A stretch of DNA of 64,000 bases from Candidatus Flemingiibacterium sp. (GTDB lineage: Bacteria; Bacillota; Clostridia; Oscillospirales; CAG-272): the NCBI GenBank assembly GCA_045636145.1, contig JAZTWV010000047.1, positions 11,101 through 75,100 of the forward strand. The letters are read 5' to 3'. The notes under the pieces are model-generated. The model had not been told where the DNA came from and did no database searches. It saw only the letters and a list, made by a program, of their open reading frames with translations. Shown here piece by piece: positions 25,770 through 37,926 of this stretch; within the stretch, counting starts at the first letter, position 1; each line of letters starts with the position of its first letter. Made by a program: the position numbers and the translations under genes.

Positions 25770-28700
25770 ATCGTTGATATCAACAAGCTCGGTACAGCTC
25801 TGAGAATAACGGCTCTTAAGGCAGTCTGCAACCGCATTTGCCGTATCTATAGAGGTAAGGCAGGGGATTGCGCGCTCAACCGTCTTGCGGCGTATCTTAA
25901 CGCTGTCACGGGTAGGAATACGTCCCTTAGCGGATGTGGAGATAACATAGTCGATACGTCCGGATTCGATAAGCTTAAGGGTGTTGTTTTCGCCCTCGTG
26001 AATCTTATCTACGGTCTTGACCTTCATTCCGTAGTCTGCGATTACTTCTGCAGTGCCGCGAGTCGCGTAAAGCTCAAAGCCAAGGTCATAGAATCTCTTT
26101 GCGGTTTCGCCGATCTCGGACTTGTCGGAATCGCGGACGGTTATGAATATGCCGCCCTGCTTCTTCAGCTTGTAGCCTGCCGCAACGAGACCCTTGAACA
26201 GTGCTTCCTCGCGTGTGCTTGCAAGACCCAGAACCTCACCTGTGGACTTCATTTCCGGACCGAGGTGGTTGTCAACGTTCATCAGCTTTTCAAAGGAGAA
26301 TACAGGCACCTTTACAGCAACATAAGGAGATGTCTTGTAAAGTCCTGTGCCGTAGCCCATATCCTTAAGTTTTTCGCCAAGCATACAGCGTGTGGCAAGG
26401 TCTACCATAGGAACGCCTGTAACCTTGCTGATATAGGGGATCGTACGGGAAGAACGGGGGTTGACCTCGATAACATACAGTCTGTGGTCCTGATTGCTTA
26501 TAAGGTACTGTATGTTTACAAGACCCATTATCTTAAGAGATGTGGAAAGGTTCTTTGTTACTTCAATAATCTCCTCGCGGAGCTTATCGGTGATGTTCCA
26601 TGCCGGATATACCGCAATAGAGTCGCCGGAGTGGATACCGGTACGCTCAACGTGCTCCATGATACCGGGGATGAGGATATCATCGCCGTCACAGATAGCG
26701 TCAACCTCAAGCTCGATACCCATGAGGTATTTGTCTATAAGAACGGGGTTTTCGATGTTGTTTGCAAGGATTATCTTCATGTATTCCTTGATATCGTCCT
26801 CAGTAAAGGCGATGATCATATTCTGACCGCCGAGAACGTATGAGGGACGCATGAGAACGGGATATCCTATACGGGAAGCAACAGTAAGTGCTTCCTCTGT
26901 TGTCATTACGGTGAAGCCCTCGGGACGTGCTACGTGATTTGCTTCAAGCAGTGCATCAAAGCGTTCTCTGTCCTCTGCCGCGTCGATTGAATCGGCGGAG
27001 GTGCCGAGGATGTTTACGCCGTGCTCGGACATAAACTTTGTGAGCTTGATAGCGGTCTGACCGCCGAATGCTACTACAACGCCATAAGGCTTCTCGGTTT
27101 CGATGATGTTCATTACATCCTCGGGAGTAAGCGGCTCGAAGTAGAGTCTGTCGGCAGTGTCGAAGTCGGTGGAAACGGTTTCGGGGTTGTTGTTTACGAT
27201 AACAACATCGTAGCCTGCCTGCTTCAGCGACCATACGCAGTGCACGGATGCATAGTCAAACTCGATACCCTGACCGATTCGGATAGGACCTGAACCGAAA
27301 ACGATTACAGTCTTCTTTGAGGGATATTTCTTCTTCTCAATAAACTCTGCCGCCTCGTTTTCATCGTCGTAGGTGGAGTAGAAATAGGGGGTGTTTGCGG
27401 AGAATTCTGCCGCGCAGGTGTCAACCACCTTATAAACGGCACTCTTGTGCATACCATCGGGAAGTGCCTTGCCGCAGTATTCTTCGATAAGCTTGTCGGG
27501 GAAGCCCATTACCTTGGCTTCATGGTAAAGCTCCTTTGTCAGAGCTTCATCTTTGAGGCTGTGCTCCATTTTGATAAGATTGAGGAATTTATTTAAGAAC
27601 CATTCGTCGATCATGGTGATCTCGTGAATCTTATCCACGGTAGTTCCGCGGCGAAGTGCCTCGTAAACGATAAACAGACGCTCATCGTCCACGTTGTAAA
27701 GTCTTGACGCTACATCCTCATCGGACAGCTCGCGGTATTTCTTGTGCGAGAGGCAGTTCATGCCGATCTCAACACCGCGTACCGCTTTCATTATAGCCTG
27801 CTCAAAGGAAGTACCGATAGCCATGACCTCACCGGTTGCCTTCATCTGAGTGCCGAGGGTTCTCTTGGCGTAAACGAATTTATCAAAGGGCCACTTGGGG
27901 AATTTTACAACAATATAGTCGATAGTAGGCTCAAAGCAAGCATAGGTCGTGCCTGTTACCGCGTTGAGAATTTCGGGAAGTGTGTAGCCTATAGCGATCT
28001 TTGCCGCAACCTTTGCAATGGGATAACCTGTTGCCTTGGATGCAAGGGCGGAGGAACGGGATACGCGGGGGTTTACCTCGATAACAGCGTATTCCTTGCT
28101 TTCGGGATGAAGTGCGAACTGACAGTTACATCCGCCCTCGATTTCAAGCTCTTGGATAATGTCAAGAGCCGCGCCGCGGAGCATCTGATATTCGTCATCG
28201 GAGAGAGTTACCGCAGGGGCAACAACCACGGAGTCGCCGGTGTGAACGCCTACAGGGTCCACGTTTTCCATGGAGCAGATGGTGATAACGTTGCCTGCGC
28301 TGTCGCGCATAACCTCAAATTCGATCTCTTTCCAGCCGGATACGCACTTTTCAACAAGCACCTGGTGAATAGGAGAAGCGTTGAGACCGCCGTTTGTGAT
28401 CTCGATAAACTCATCCTCGTTGTATGCGATGCCGCCGCCTGTTCCGCCGAGGGTGAATGCGGGGCGGATAATAAGCGGATAGCCGTTTGCATGGGCAAAT
28501 TCAAGTGCCGCGTGAAGATCGTTTACAACGAGAGAGGGAATGCAGGGCTGACCTATTTTCATCATGGTGTCCTTGAACATCTGACGGTCCTCAGCCTTGT
28601 CGATGGTTTCGGGACGTGCACCGAGAAGCTTTACGCCCATTTTGTCAAGGAAGCCTTCCTTTGCAAGCTGCATTGACAGGGTAAGACCTGTCTGACCGCC

Positions 28701-28970
28701 AAGGGTGGACAGCAGGCTGTCGGGGCGTTCCTTTTCGATTATACGCTTGATCGTGGGCAGTGTAAGAGGCTCAATGTAAACCTCGTCTGCCATAGCGTTG
28801 TCTGTCATTATGGTCGCAGGGTTGGAGTTTACAAGAACGACCTCAAGACCGTCCTCTTTAAGCGCACGGCACGCCTGTGTGCCTGCGTAGTCAAATTCGG
28901 CTGCCTGACCGATAACAATAGGACCTGAGCCGATAACCATTACTTTTTTTATATCTTTTCTGAGCGGCAT
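24903..28970 (-). CDS. carB: Carbamoyl-phosphate synthase large subunit fused in frame to diaminopimelate epimerase (CarB-DapF, 1355 aa)
   Basis: Single uninterrupted ORF. The first 1067 aa are a complete CarB: two ATP-grasp halves ([19 protein letters not shown] and [18 protein letters not shown]) plus the MGS-like domain. The last 288 aa are a complete DapF. Confidence 0.85.
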   Translation of the reverse strand: MPLRKDIKKVMVIGSGPIVIGQAAEFDYAGTQACRALKEDGLEVVLVNSNPATIMTDNAMADEVYIEPLTLPTIKRIIEKERPDSLLSTLGGQTGLTLSMQLAKEGFLDKMGVKLLGARPETIDKAEDRQMFKDTMMKIGQPCIPSLVVNDLHAALEFAHANGYPLIIRPAFTLGGTGGGIAYNEDEFIEITNGGLNASPIHQVLVEKCVSGWKEIEFEVMRDSAGNVITICSMENVDPVGVHTGDSVVVAPAVTLSDDEYQMLRGAALDIIQELEIEGGCNCQFALHPESKEYAVIEVNPRVSRSSALASKATGYPIAKVAAKIAIGYTLPEILNAVTGTTYACFEPTIDYIVVKFPKWPFDKFVYAKRTLGTQMKATGEVMAIGTSFEQAIMKAVRGVEIGMNCLSHKKYRELSDEDVASRLYNVDDERLFIVYEALRRGTTVDKIHEITMIDEWFLNKFLNLIKMEHSLKDEALTKELYHEAKVMGFPDKLIEEYCGKALPDGMHKSAVYKVVDTCAAEFSANTPYFYSTYDDENEAAEFIEKKKYPSKKTVIVFGSGPIRIGQGIEFDYASVHCVWSLKQAGYDVVIVNNNPETVSTDFDTADRLYFEPLTPEDVMNIIETEKPYGVVVAFGGQTAIKLTKFMSEHGVNILGTSADSIDAAEDRERFDALLEANHVARPEGFTVMTTEEALTVASRIGYPVLMRPSYVLGGQNMIIAFTEDDIKEYMKIILANNIENPVLIDKYLMGIELEVDAICDGDDILIPGIMEHVERTGIHSGDSIAVYPAWNITDKLREEIIEVTKNLSTSLKIMGLVNIQYLISNQDHRLYVIEVNPRSSRTIPYISKVTGVPMVDLATRCMLGEKLKDMGYGTGLYKTSPYVAVKVPVFSFEKLMNVDNHLGPEMKSTGEVLGLASTREEALFKGLVAAGYKLKKQGGIFITVRDSDKSEIGETAKRFYDLGFELYATRGTAEVIADYGMKVKTVDKIHEGENNTLKLIESGRIDYVISTSAKGRIPTRDSVKIRRKTVERAIPCLTSIDTANAVADCLKSRYSQSCTELVDINDMRDSKATLEFTKMEACGNDYIYFNCFNQKIDNPEGLSIRLADRHFGIGGDGVVLMYPSDVADVKMRMFNLDGTEGKMCGNAARCIVKYMVDNKMANGETVTIETLSGIRETTYEKVSGEVSNVTVNMGKAELNPSLIPVKMALRNVIGVPTQVAGDRYRITCVSMGNPHCVVFNDEFEDVLDNLNLQELGPKFENDPLFPERVNTEFVKVLNSHTLKMRVWERGSGETFACGSGACAAVVAAVENGYCPKNEEITVKLKGGDLKIRYTDEAVYLSGDATKIYEGKVVL
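25770..28970 (-). other. carB: CarB portion of the fusion ORF
   Basis: 1067 codons, a normal CarB length. Ends ...[18 protein letters not shown]. Confidence 0.8.
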
Positions 28971-28989
28971 ATGTGTTCCTCCATTCTGC

Positions 28990-30063
28990 TTATTTCATTA
29001 AACCTATAAACTCGTCATAGATAAAGTCGGTGGCGTTGGGACCTCCTGCAGTGCCGGGACGGAACTGCACTCCGAGTGCGGGGATGTTCTTGTATTTTAC
29101 TCCCTCAACCGTACCGTCGTTGCCGTTTTTGTAGGTTACGGTGATGCTTTCGGGAAGCGTTGCCTCGTCAAGCGTATAACCCTGATTCTGAGATGTGATA
29201 AACACGCGCTTGTCGGAAAGTCTGATAGAGGGCATACCGCCGCGGTGCCCGTGGGGGAGCTTTACGGATTTTGCACCCTCTGATACTGCCAGCATAAGGT
29301 GTCCGAGGCAGATTCCGAGAATCGGAATGTTTTTCTTTGCGATCTTTGCAATCTCGGCGATGATATCAGGGTGCGACATAGGATCGGAAGGTCCGTTTGA
29401 AAGCACGATTCCGTCGGGATTCAGCGCCGCGATATCCTCGGCCTTAGTTCCGGCAGGAACGGTGATAACCTCGCATCCCCGTGCCATAAGTGCGGTCTTT
29501 ATGGAGTCTGAAACACCAAAATCCCACAAAACTACCTTTTTCGTGGCATTTTCGGGCTTTTCGGAGGTTACTTCTCCGCAGGTAACAGCCGAAACGGCAT
29601 CCGGTGCGGTATATGCTTTAATTTCCGCTGTCACAGCGCCGATATCGCTCGGAAGCTCATATGCTATCTTGGCTTTCATCGAGCCGTGATCGCGAAGGAT
29701 GCGTGTAAGCTTTCTCGTGTCGATGCCGGAGATGCCCACTATCTTATTTTCCCTCAAAAAAACGTCAAGAGCACCCTCACATCTGAAATTGGAAGGCTCT
29801 TGACATAATTCTCTGACAATATAAGCACAAACAGATGTGCCCTTACTTTCACATTCATGGGAAACAACACCATAATTACCGATAAGAGGGAACGTCTGGA
29901 CAACGAGCTGTCCCTTGTAGCCTGTATCGGTAAGTGTTGACATATAGCCGGTCATTGCGGTGGTAAAAACAGTTTCACCCATTACCTCGGCTTCATAGCC
30001 AAAGGATTTTCCGCAAAAAACCATACCGTTTTCAAGTATCAGGTATGTCGGTTTAGTCTGCAT
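28990..30063 (-). CDS. carA: Carbamoyl-phosphate synthase small (glutaminase) subunit
   Basis: 357 aa. GICLGHLML catalytic Cys motif and a class I glutamine amidotransferase C-terminal half. Confidence 0.9.
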   Translation of the reverse strand: MQTKPTYLILENGMVFCGKSFGYEAEVMGETVFTTAMTGYMSTLTDTGYKGQLVVQTFPLIGNYGVVSHECESKGTSVCAYIVRELCQEPSNFRCEGALDVFLRENKIVGISGIDTRKLTRILRDHGSMKAKIAYELPSDIGAVTAEIKAYTAPDAVSAVTCGEVTSEKPENATKKVVLWDFGVSDSIKTALMARGCEVITVPAGTKAEDIAALNPDGIVLSNGPSDPMSHPDIIAEIAKIAKKNIPILGICLGHLMLAVSEGAKSVKLPHGHRGGMPSIRLSDKRVFITSQNQGYTLDEATLPESITVTYKNGNDGTVEGVKYKNIPALGVQFRPGTAGGPNATDFIYDEFIGLMK

Positions 30064-30101
30064 ATATATACCTCCATAATCAAGTCTTTGTATCTCATAT
30101 T

Positions 30102-30130
30102 ATTATACCATTTTATCGGCTTTATGTCAA
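30102..30130 (-). promoter_or_regulatory. carAB promoter, consensus TTGACA-17-TATAAT
   Basis: Minus strand: TTGACA at 30130-30125, TATAAT at 30107-30102, about 38 nt before the carA ATG (SD GGAGG). Confidence 0.65.
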
Positions 30131-30319
30131 GGGTTTAATATGTATAAATGTTGAGGCAAATGGGTGCCGATTGTTGTGAAAAGGAATAAAGTGGGAAAAA
30201 TCACCATAAATCAGATAGAAAATTTGGTCATATTTTCACTGTTCTCTGATTGGAACTTTTTTTGGGAAATCTCGTCTTATTTGGTGATAAGATTATTATA
30301 TTACGGGAGGCGTTTTTGT

Positions 30320-32218
30320 ATGAAAAAATATATTGCTGTTTTAACCCTGTTGGCGGCACTGCTTGGTGGATGCGTTGCAGGCGGTGGAAATGAAACAAAC
30401 GAAACCAATACGGACTACGGCGCAGAGATATCGGATACCGTGACAGAGGTGTCAGATACGGACGGCACTGCCGATGACGGTATCCTCTACTCCGAGGGGG
30501 ACTTAGCGTTTCTTGATATCGGCGGCGAGATTGCCGTGATGTGCCGCGGCGAGCTTGCGGGAATATACGACGGATATTTTCTGCTTACCGACAGCGCGGA
30601 CTGCATAAATCCATACGTACTTGAAAAAACAGAGGACGGGGTCAGAATACACTGGCTTGATGAAAACGGTAAGAGCGATGGATACGCTTCTGCTGAAACT
30701 GCGGTGCAGTACGGAGATTTTATTGTAACCGAAGAGCGTGTATATGATGCGCAGATGAAGCAGACTATTCATTTCCCGTCACATTCTTACAGATTCTCTG
30801 TAGGCAATGTTACAGCAGACGGCGAGGAAATAACGGTGGAGGGTACTGACGGAAACGGTGAGCCGGTTATATTCCGCTATTTTACCCGAGCAATGGATAT
30901 GGATGCGGTAAGTGAGCTTCCCATACCGGAGCTAACGGTGACGGACGGGAAAATAAGGATATTTGATACGAGACCTGTTTGGGGAAATGACGGAAACGCC
31001 ATAGGTGTGCTTGAAATTGACGCGCCTGCTGACCCCGAACAGATCGGTTCCTTCGGTGAATATGTTACCTATAATACACATACACATATGTTTTTCATAA
31101 GTGACGACACGGTTGTACACATCAGCAAGGGCGACGGACTTCAGCATAATGTATATGATGACTTTTTCACTGTAGGCTATGAATTTTATATGCCGTATAC
31201 GGTATACGATAAAAATTTTGAGCGTGCTTTTGACGAAGAATTTCGAATATTCTCCCAGCTTAGCGACGGGAATTACATAGCCGTTCCAATACCGGCTGCA
31301 CTTCCCTCAGATGGGATAGAGTATACAGTCTACAACTCCGAAAAAGAGATAGTATATACAGGAAAAAACGATGACAGCGGTGGTATCATGGATGTCGGCG
31401 CGGATTATGTTCTGCGAGTAAAAGACGGTACACTTTTGCTGTATACTCCTTACGGCGAGCTTATGTGTGAGTTTGGGTATATCTCAGATACAATGGGATT
31501 CCACGATATGCTGTCCGGAGTGGGAGCTAAGGACGGTGTCCCATGCTACTATTTTATATTTGAGGACAGTGCCGACACGGATAAGGACGGCAATACCCGA
31601 CACATCGAATACTACTACGTCCCCGAAACAAACGAAGTCGGATTTGTAGACGGCGGATATTCTTCCTTTGCCTACGCAAAACCGGTGCTGTATCTCTATC
31701 CCACAGAGAAAACGGATGTTACGGTTACATTCGAGCATCCGGAGCGACTGACCACCGTATATCCTGCGTACAGCGACGGCTGGAGCGTTTCTGCCGCTCC
31801 GGACGGCACGCTTACGGACTCTCGCGGCAGAAGCTACTACGCCCTTTATTGGGAGGAAACAAGCGGTGTGTCTTTCTACAGCTTTGATGAGGGATTCTGC
31901 GTGGCAGGCGAAGATTCAGCGGTGTTCCTTGAAGAAAAGCTTGCCTACATGGGATTTTCTGAAAGAGAAGCAAACGAATTTATCATATATTGGCTTCCCA
32001 TAATGGAAGCAAGCGAGTACAATCTTGTAAGCTTTGAGCTGACAGGTGAGCGTGAAGCGTCAAATGCACTTCACATCACACCTGCACCCGATTCTATGCT
32101 TCGCATGGCTATGCACATAAAGACGATGGACGCTCCGGTTACAATTGCCGAGCAGAAATTGCCGTCCTTTGAGCGAAGCGGATTTTGCGCCGTTGAATGG
32201 GGCGGATGCGTGCATTGA
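30320..32218 (+). CDS. Large lipoprotein of unknown function
   Basis: Start at ATG 30320 after GGGAGG. MKKYIAVLTLLAALLGGC is a lipobox signal. 632 aa, acidic, with no motif I can place. The C-terminal approx. 190 aa (KPVLYLYPTEK...YYALYWEE...FIIYWLP) look like a conserved domain of unknown function. Confidence 0.6.
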   Translation: MKKYIAVLTLLAALLGGCVAGGGNETNETNTDYGAEISDTVTEVSDTDGTADDGILYSEGDLAFLDIGGEIAVMCRGELAGIYDGYFLLTDSADCINPYVLEKTEDGVRIHWLDENGKSDGYASAETAVQYGDFIVTEERVYDAQMKQTIHFPSHSYRFSVGNVTADGEEITVEGTDGNGEPVIFRYFTRAMDMDAVSELPIPELTVTDGKIRIFDTRPVWGNDGNAIGVLEIDAPADPEQIGSFGEYVTYNTHTHMFFISDDTVVHISKGDGLQHNVYDDFFTVGYEFYMPYTVYDKNFERAFDEEFRIFSQLSDGNYIAVPIPAALPSDGIEYTVYNSEKEIVYTGKNDDSGGIMDVGADYVLRVKDGTLLLYTPYGELMCEFGYISDTMGFHDMLSGVGAKDGVPCYYFIFEDSADTDKDGNTRHIEYYYVPETNEVGFVDGGYSSFAYAKPVLYLYPTEKTDVTVTFEHPERLTTVYPAYSDGWSVSAAPDGTLTDSRGRSYYALYWEETSGVSFYSFDEGFCVAGEDSAVFLEEKLAYMGFSEREANEFIIYWLPIMEASEYNLVSFELTGEREASNALHITPAPDSMLRMAMHIKTMDAPVTIAEQKLPSFERSGFCAVEWGGCVH

Positions 32219-32239
32219 TGGCGTGTGATAGTTAAAAAG

Positions 32240-32307
32240 CGGCGTGAGCAAGCCACGCCCTGCAATCCGTGTTTAACAGTTTGTAGGGCAGGGGCTTGCT
32301 CCTGCCG
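32240..32307. repeat. REP-like inverted doublet, copy B
   Basis: Arms are CGGCGTGAGCAAGCCACGCCCTGCA (32240-32264) and TGTAGGGCAGGGGCTTGCTCCTGCCG (32282-32307). They lie between the convergent lipoprotein and ROK genes. Confidence 0.8.
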
Positions 32308-32333
32308 TTTCTTGGCGGACGTTTATCTGTAGT

Positions 32334-32367
32334 AAAAAAAACGGCGCTGTCTCGCATGACAGCGCTG
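32334..32367 (-). terminator. Intrinsic terminator of the ROK gene
   Basis: GGCGCTGTC-tcgcat-GACAGCGCT, with an 8-nt A-run on the plus strand (a U-run in the minus transcript). Confidence 0.7.
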
Positions 32368-32372
32368 ATTTG

Positions 32373-33263
32373 TTATATTTTTCTAAAGCAATCGCAGGCA
32401 GCTCCGAACATATGGGAATATTCCAGCCTTGCGGAGCGGACTATCCTCTTCAGTGTCGGTACATCTGACAGAGCCTCACGAAGCTCGGCTTCGAATAACG
32501 GAAGTGCGCGGCTTATCTGTCCGCCGAGAATGAATATTTCAGCACCTACCTTTTTAAGATACGGTGCCGCCGCACGACCGAGAATCGTTCCGGTATCGCG
32601 GTAGACCTTCAGAGCATCTTCATCGCCTGTTGTGGCAAGCAGCTCTATCTCTTTAGCATTTCTTCCGCCGGGGGCATATCTTGCGGCAATACCCCGTCCG
32701 GAGACGAAATCCTCTGCAATATGCTCTTTGCCGTCACCGATATCGTACGGTTCGCACCATATATCATACAGCGGATCACCGTCAGGCTTTCTCAGGACCA
32801 CACCGTCCATCATGGTGGCAAAACCCAGACCCGTGCCAATCATTGCACCTGCGGCGTTTTTGTATTCGCCATAAGGTGAATTCCACATCTCGCCTGTCAG
32901 AAAGGCGGCGGAATCATGGATAAATGTCACAGGCACATCGCCTGCATATTCATTTATCCAGGGACGGAGCGGAAGATTGTATATAGCCTTGAATTTGTGC
33001 TTCATAAGGCTTATTCCGCCCTCGTAGTCGAAAGGGCCGGGGGTGTCGATTGCTACGGCGGATATTTCTATCTCTGCTTTTTGTGCTGTGCGAAACTGTG
33101 TGGTGATTGTACGGCGATAGCCTTCCTTCACTATCTCCGGCGAGCCGTCATTGTTTGCCGGAACGGTGAGAAATGAGCCGGGCAGAACTTCAGCACTTTC
33201 TGAAATAATAGCAGATTTGAAAAATGTTCCGCCTGCATCTATTGCGATAACGTATCTTTGCAT
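32373..33263 (-). CDS. ROK family sugar kinase
   Basis: 296 aa. IAIDAGGTFFKSAII phosphate-1 motif and ASKHA-fold pattern. Specificity unknown. Confidence 0.65.
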   Translation of the reverse strand: MQRYVIAIDAGGTFFKSAIISESAEVLPGSFLTVPANNDGSPEIVKEGYRRTITTQFRTAQKAEIEISAVAIDTPGPFDYEGGISLMKHKFKAIYNLPLRPWINEYAGDVPVTFIHDSAAFLTGEMWNSPYGEYKNAAGAMIGTGLGFATMMDGVVLRKPDGDPLYDIWCEPYDIGDGKEHIAEDFVSGRGIAARYAPGGRNAKEIELLATTGDEDALKVYRDTGTILGRAAAPYLKKVGAEIFILGGQISRALPLFEAELREALSDVPTLKRIVRSARLEYSHMFGAACDCFRKI

Positions 33264-33289
33264 TGTTTCCTCCGGGGGACTGCGTGTGG

Positions 33290-33907
33290 TTATTTCTTTT
33301 CTGCGGTAAGCTTTGTAAGTGCCGGAATGATGAGACCGCCTACGGCGTTGCCCAGTGTCATAACGGCGAGATATATGTAGGTTTTTCCGACAAGAACGCC
33401 TGCAAGGGAGAAGTAGTACATATTGGCGATGCAGTGCTCAAATGAGCAGAGAATGAACACCATTACAGGGAATATAACAAAAAGTGCGCGAACCATACTT
33501 GTGCGCTTCTTGTACTGGTCAACTGCGATGAACATACACATACCGCAGCCGATTGCAAGAAACAGTATGCTTAAAAGATCGTCGTTTAACTTTGCTTCGA
33601 CTATGCCCTTAACCTTTGGCGCAAGCTTCTCATACACTCTTGTGAATCTTACGAGCATTGCCATTGCCCAAGTACCCACAAAATTTCCCAGCCAGATGAC
33701 CAAAAGAGTCCATATGTAGGACGGGGGATTGTCAAGGGCATATCCGACCTTGCCTGTAAACAGGTTAAAGCCGAAAGCGAGGATGGTGAGAAGACCGATG
33801 GAGAACAGTGCCGCACCAACGACAGGGTTATCCACCGACAGGTAGACTGTGCCGCCAAGTCCGATACAAAAACCGGCAAGGATAGCGAGAATAAATGTGT
33901 TTTTCAT
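33290..33907 (-). CDS. Formate/nitrite transporter (FNT) family protein, short form
   Basis: Start at ATG 33905-33907 after AAGGAG (205 aa). FNT signatures NLFTGKV, WLGNFVG and FEHCIANMYY. Confidence 0.65.
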   Translation of the reverse strand: MKNTFILAILAGFCIGLGGTVYLSVDNPVVGAALFSIGLLTILAFGFNLFTGKVGYALDNPPSYIWTLLVIWLGNFVGTWAMAMLVRFTRVYEKLAPKVKGIVEAKLNDDLLSILFLAIGCGMCMFIAVDQYKKRTSMVRALFVIFPVMVFILCSFEHCIANMYYFSLAGVLVGKTYIYLAVMTLGNAVGGLIIPALTKLTAEKK

Positions 33908-34018
33908 TGATTTTGGTACTCCTTCGAGAGATTTTAGAACATATGCATATATTGTACCACAAATTTTTACAATTTGCAACAGAATTATTTAATTTTTGCA
34001 AAACTTCCGTAAGCTTCA

Positions 34019-35356
34019 TCATTTTGTTATATAAAAGTACTTTTCGGTTTCTTTTTTTATTTCTTTCACCGAAAGAAGCAAGGCTGTTATGTTCAGAGCA
34101 CTCATAATGCTTATGGTAAGGTCTGACAGACTCCACACTGCGTCGGGCGGCATTACAGAGCCTATAACTGCAATGGCGGAATATGCCGCAAGATAAAATT
34201 TCTGATAAATTCCGCAATGTTTGCCGTTTTGCAGATATCCGAGTGCTTCCGTGCCGTAGAAGAACCAGCAGATAATGGTGCAGAATGCAAATACCACCAC
34301 TGCGGCACACAGGATCATGTCGGCAAATGGGATAAAATTGCCGAAAGAGGAGATTGCTGTGCTCATTCCGTCAAGTGTTGGCGGTATTCCTTTCTTTTCG
34401 GCTATCAGCACGCACAGCGCGGTCAGAGTACAGATCACGGCGGTGTCGATGAACACCTCGAACATACCCCAAACGCCCTGAGCGGCGGGTGAGCCGGTTT
34501 CCGCGCCTGCATGGGCTATGGGTGCTGTGCCGCATCCGGCTTCGTTTGATACGATGCCGCGCGTGACCCCGATACGCAGAGCGCGATTTGTGAGTATTCC
34601 CACGATCCCGCCGCCGAATGCGCGGATGTCAAAAGCTTCTCTGACAATATCGCAGACTACCTCTGCGGCTGTGGGGAGATTTGTGAAAATTATGAAGAAC
34701 GACATCAGAATGTATATTCCGCTCATAAGCGGTATTAAACGGGAGGTAAGAAAAGAGATTCGTTCAAGTCCGCCGGATGCGGCGGACAGTGTAACTGCGG
34801 CTAAGAGAAATCCGCATATGATCGGCGGAACGCCTACGGTGCTGTTAAGTGAGACCGCAAAGGCGTTTGCCTGAGCGGCACAGCCCATGGTAAACGATGT
34901 TCCAAGGCAAAGTGCGGCAAACAGCACCGCCATAGCGTATGCGAATTTTGTTTTGTGATCGGCAATGTAAAAATATGCACCGCCGTGTGCTGTGCCATTT
35001 TTGTCATATCTTCGATGACGCACTGCCAGAACTATCTCGGCGTATTTTATGGGAAGTGCCGCAACGGAGCTTGCAAGCATCCAAAATACCGCACCTGCTC
35101 CGCCGATTGCAATAGCAGATGCAACGCCGGCGATGTTTCCCACACCAAGTGTGCCTGCTAATGCCACGAGCATGGCTTTTACGGGTGACATTGTACCGGT
35201 GCCGCCGGACATAAGTGCCGCCTTGATGCGGCGCGGCTTGGTAATAAAAAACGGGCGGAGCCTAAGTATCAGAAATATTCCGCATATAAATACGGTGATA
35301 CACAGCCCCGGTCCGAATATGTAACTGTTTATACGGTCGATAAAGGATAAGATCAT
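34019..35356 (-). CDS. Alanine/glycine:cation symporter (AGCS family)
   Basis: 445 aa. SPVKAMLVALAGTLGVGNIAGVASAIAIGGAGAVFWM is the AGCS signature region. Confidence 0.85.
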   Translation of the reverse strand: MILSFIDRINSYIFGPGLCITVFICGIFLILRLRPFFITKPRRIKAALMSGGTGTMSPVKAMLVALAGTLGVGNIAGVASAIAIGGAGAVFWMLASSVAALPIKYAEIVLAVRHRRYDKNGTAHGGAYFYIADHKTKFAYAMAVLFAALCLGTSFTMGCAAQANAFAVSLNSTVGVPPIICGFLLAAVTLSAASGGLERISFLTSRLIPLMSGIYILMSFFIIFTNLPTAAEVVCDIVREAFDIRAFGGGIVGILTNRALRIGVTRGIVSNEAGCGTAPIAHAGAETGSPAAQGVWGMFEVFIDTAVICTLTALCVLIAEKKGIPPTLDGMSTAISSFGNFIPFADMILCAAVVVFAFCTIICWFFYGTEALGYLQNGKHCGIYQKFYLAAYSAIAVIGSVMPPDAVWSLSDLTISIMSALNITALLLSVKEIKKETEKYFYITK

Positions 35357-35401
35357 AGCACGGCTCCCATAGACCGAGACTTATCGCAAACCAAAGCTCA
35401 G

Positions 35402-35602
35402 TCACGCCGAAATTCCGCAGGAGTTCTTCTCGTATGCTTTTTGAAGGTTTTTGTAAGCTGAGGTGTAGTGAAATGCTTCGGCGATGGTTTCGTTTGTGAT
35501 GTTGTCCCGATAATTATTTTCTATATATTGTATGAGAGCGCGGACGGTATTAGACCCGTCCTTTTTGTTGTCGGGTTTGCTGTCCTTTTGACGTATCAGC
35601 AT
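35402..35602 (-). pseudogene. Relic of an AraC-family regulator (first HTH only)
   Basis: The 66-aa ORF ...ALIQYIENNYRDNITNETIAEAFHYTSAYKNLQKAYEKNSCGIS resembles the first half of the AraC HTH region. The sensor domain and second HTH are absent, and only 45 nt remain before the next gene. Confidence 0.4.
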
Positions 35603-35624
35603 TATTATAGCGGCGTTTGGATTT

Positions 35625-35651
35625 TTAGCACTCTCCCTGTCCGCGTGATAA
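35625..35651. promoter_or_regulatory. Degenerate second CIRCE-like element
   Basis: TTAGCACTC-N9-GCGTGATAA: the left arm is perfect, the right arm matches 7/9, and the spacing is correct. It lies 150 bp upstream of the perfect CIRCE. Confidence 0.3.
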
Positions 35652-35734
35652 AAAGGCGTAAAATGATGGTTTTTGGCATAATTATATATTGTGGAAATAA
35701 GTTGTAACGAAAGTGTAAACTATAGAAAAAACCC

Positions 35735-35763
35735 TTGATTTTTGGAAATCGTGGGTGTACAAT
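35735..35763 (+). promoter_or_regulatory. groESL promoter TTGATT-17-TACAAT
   Basis: TTGATT at 35735-35740, TACAAT at 35758-35763, directly upstream of CIRCE. Confidence 0.65.
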
Positions 35764-35774
35764 ATATTCGTAAG

Positions 35775-35801
35775 TTAGCACTCGCACTCTTTGAGTGCTA
35801 A
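35775..35801 (+). promoter_or_regulatory. CIRCE operator (HrcA binding site)
   Basis: Perfect TTAGCACTC-N9-GAGTGCTAA. Confidence 0.95.
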
Positions 35802-35835
35802 AAATACGAAAATAAGCACGTCACACGACGGCTGA

Positions 35836-36141
<306 letters not shown>

Positions 36142-36183
36142 TAAAGTACCAACGAAGCAATACACAATTATTTGAAAGGATAA

Positions 36184-37827
<1,644 letters not shown>

Positions 37828-37852
37828 TATCGTGCATATAAGCGAATATGCA

Positions 37853-37886
37853 GATCCCCTCGGCGTTATGCCGAGGGGATTTTTTC
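37853..37886 (+). terminator. groEL intrinsic terminator
   Basis: GATCCCCTCGG-cgttatg-CCGAGGGGAT followed by TTTTT. Confidence 0.85.
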
Positions 37887-37920
37887 ACAAAAACATACGG
37901 GACTGAAAAATCAGTCCCGT
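37886..37920 (-). terminator. Terminator of the DUF1846 gene
   Basis: ACGGGACTGA-aaaa-TCAGTCCCGT. The minus-strand transcript is followed by AUGUUUUUG. Confidence 0.7.
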
Positions 37921-37926
37921 AATTTA

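Noticed and set aside
30064-30163. An ARG box (ArgR operator) or PyrR attenuator in the carAB control region.
   Set aside because: The leader is only about 38 nt, so there is no room for an attenuator. The best ARG-like sequence (ATTTATACATATTAAA) is a poor match to the TNTGAATWWWWATTCANW consensus.
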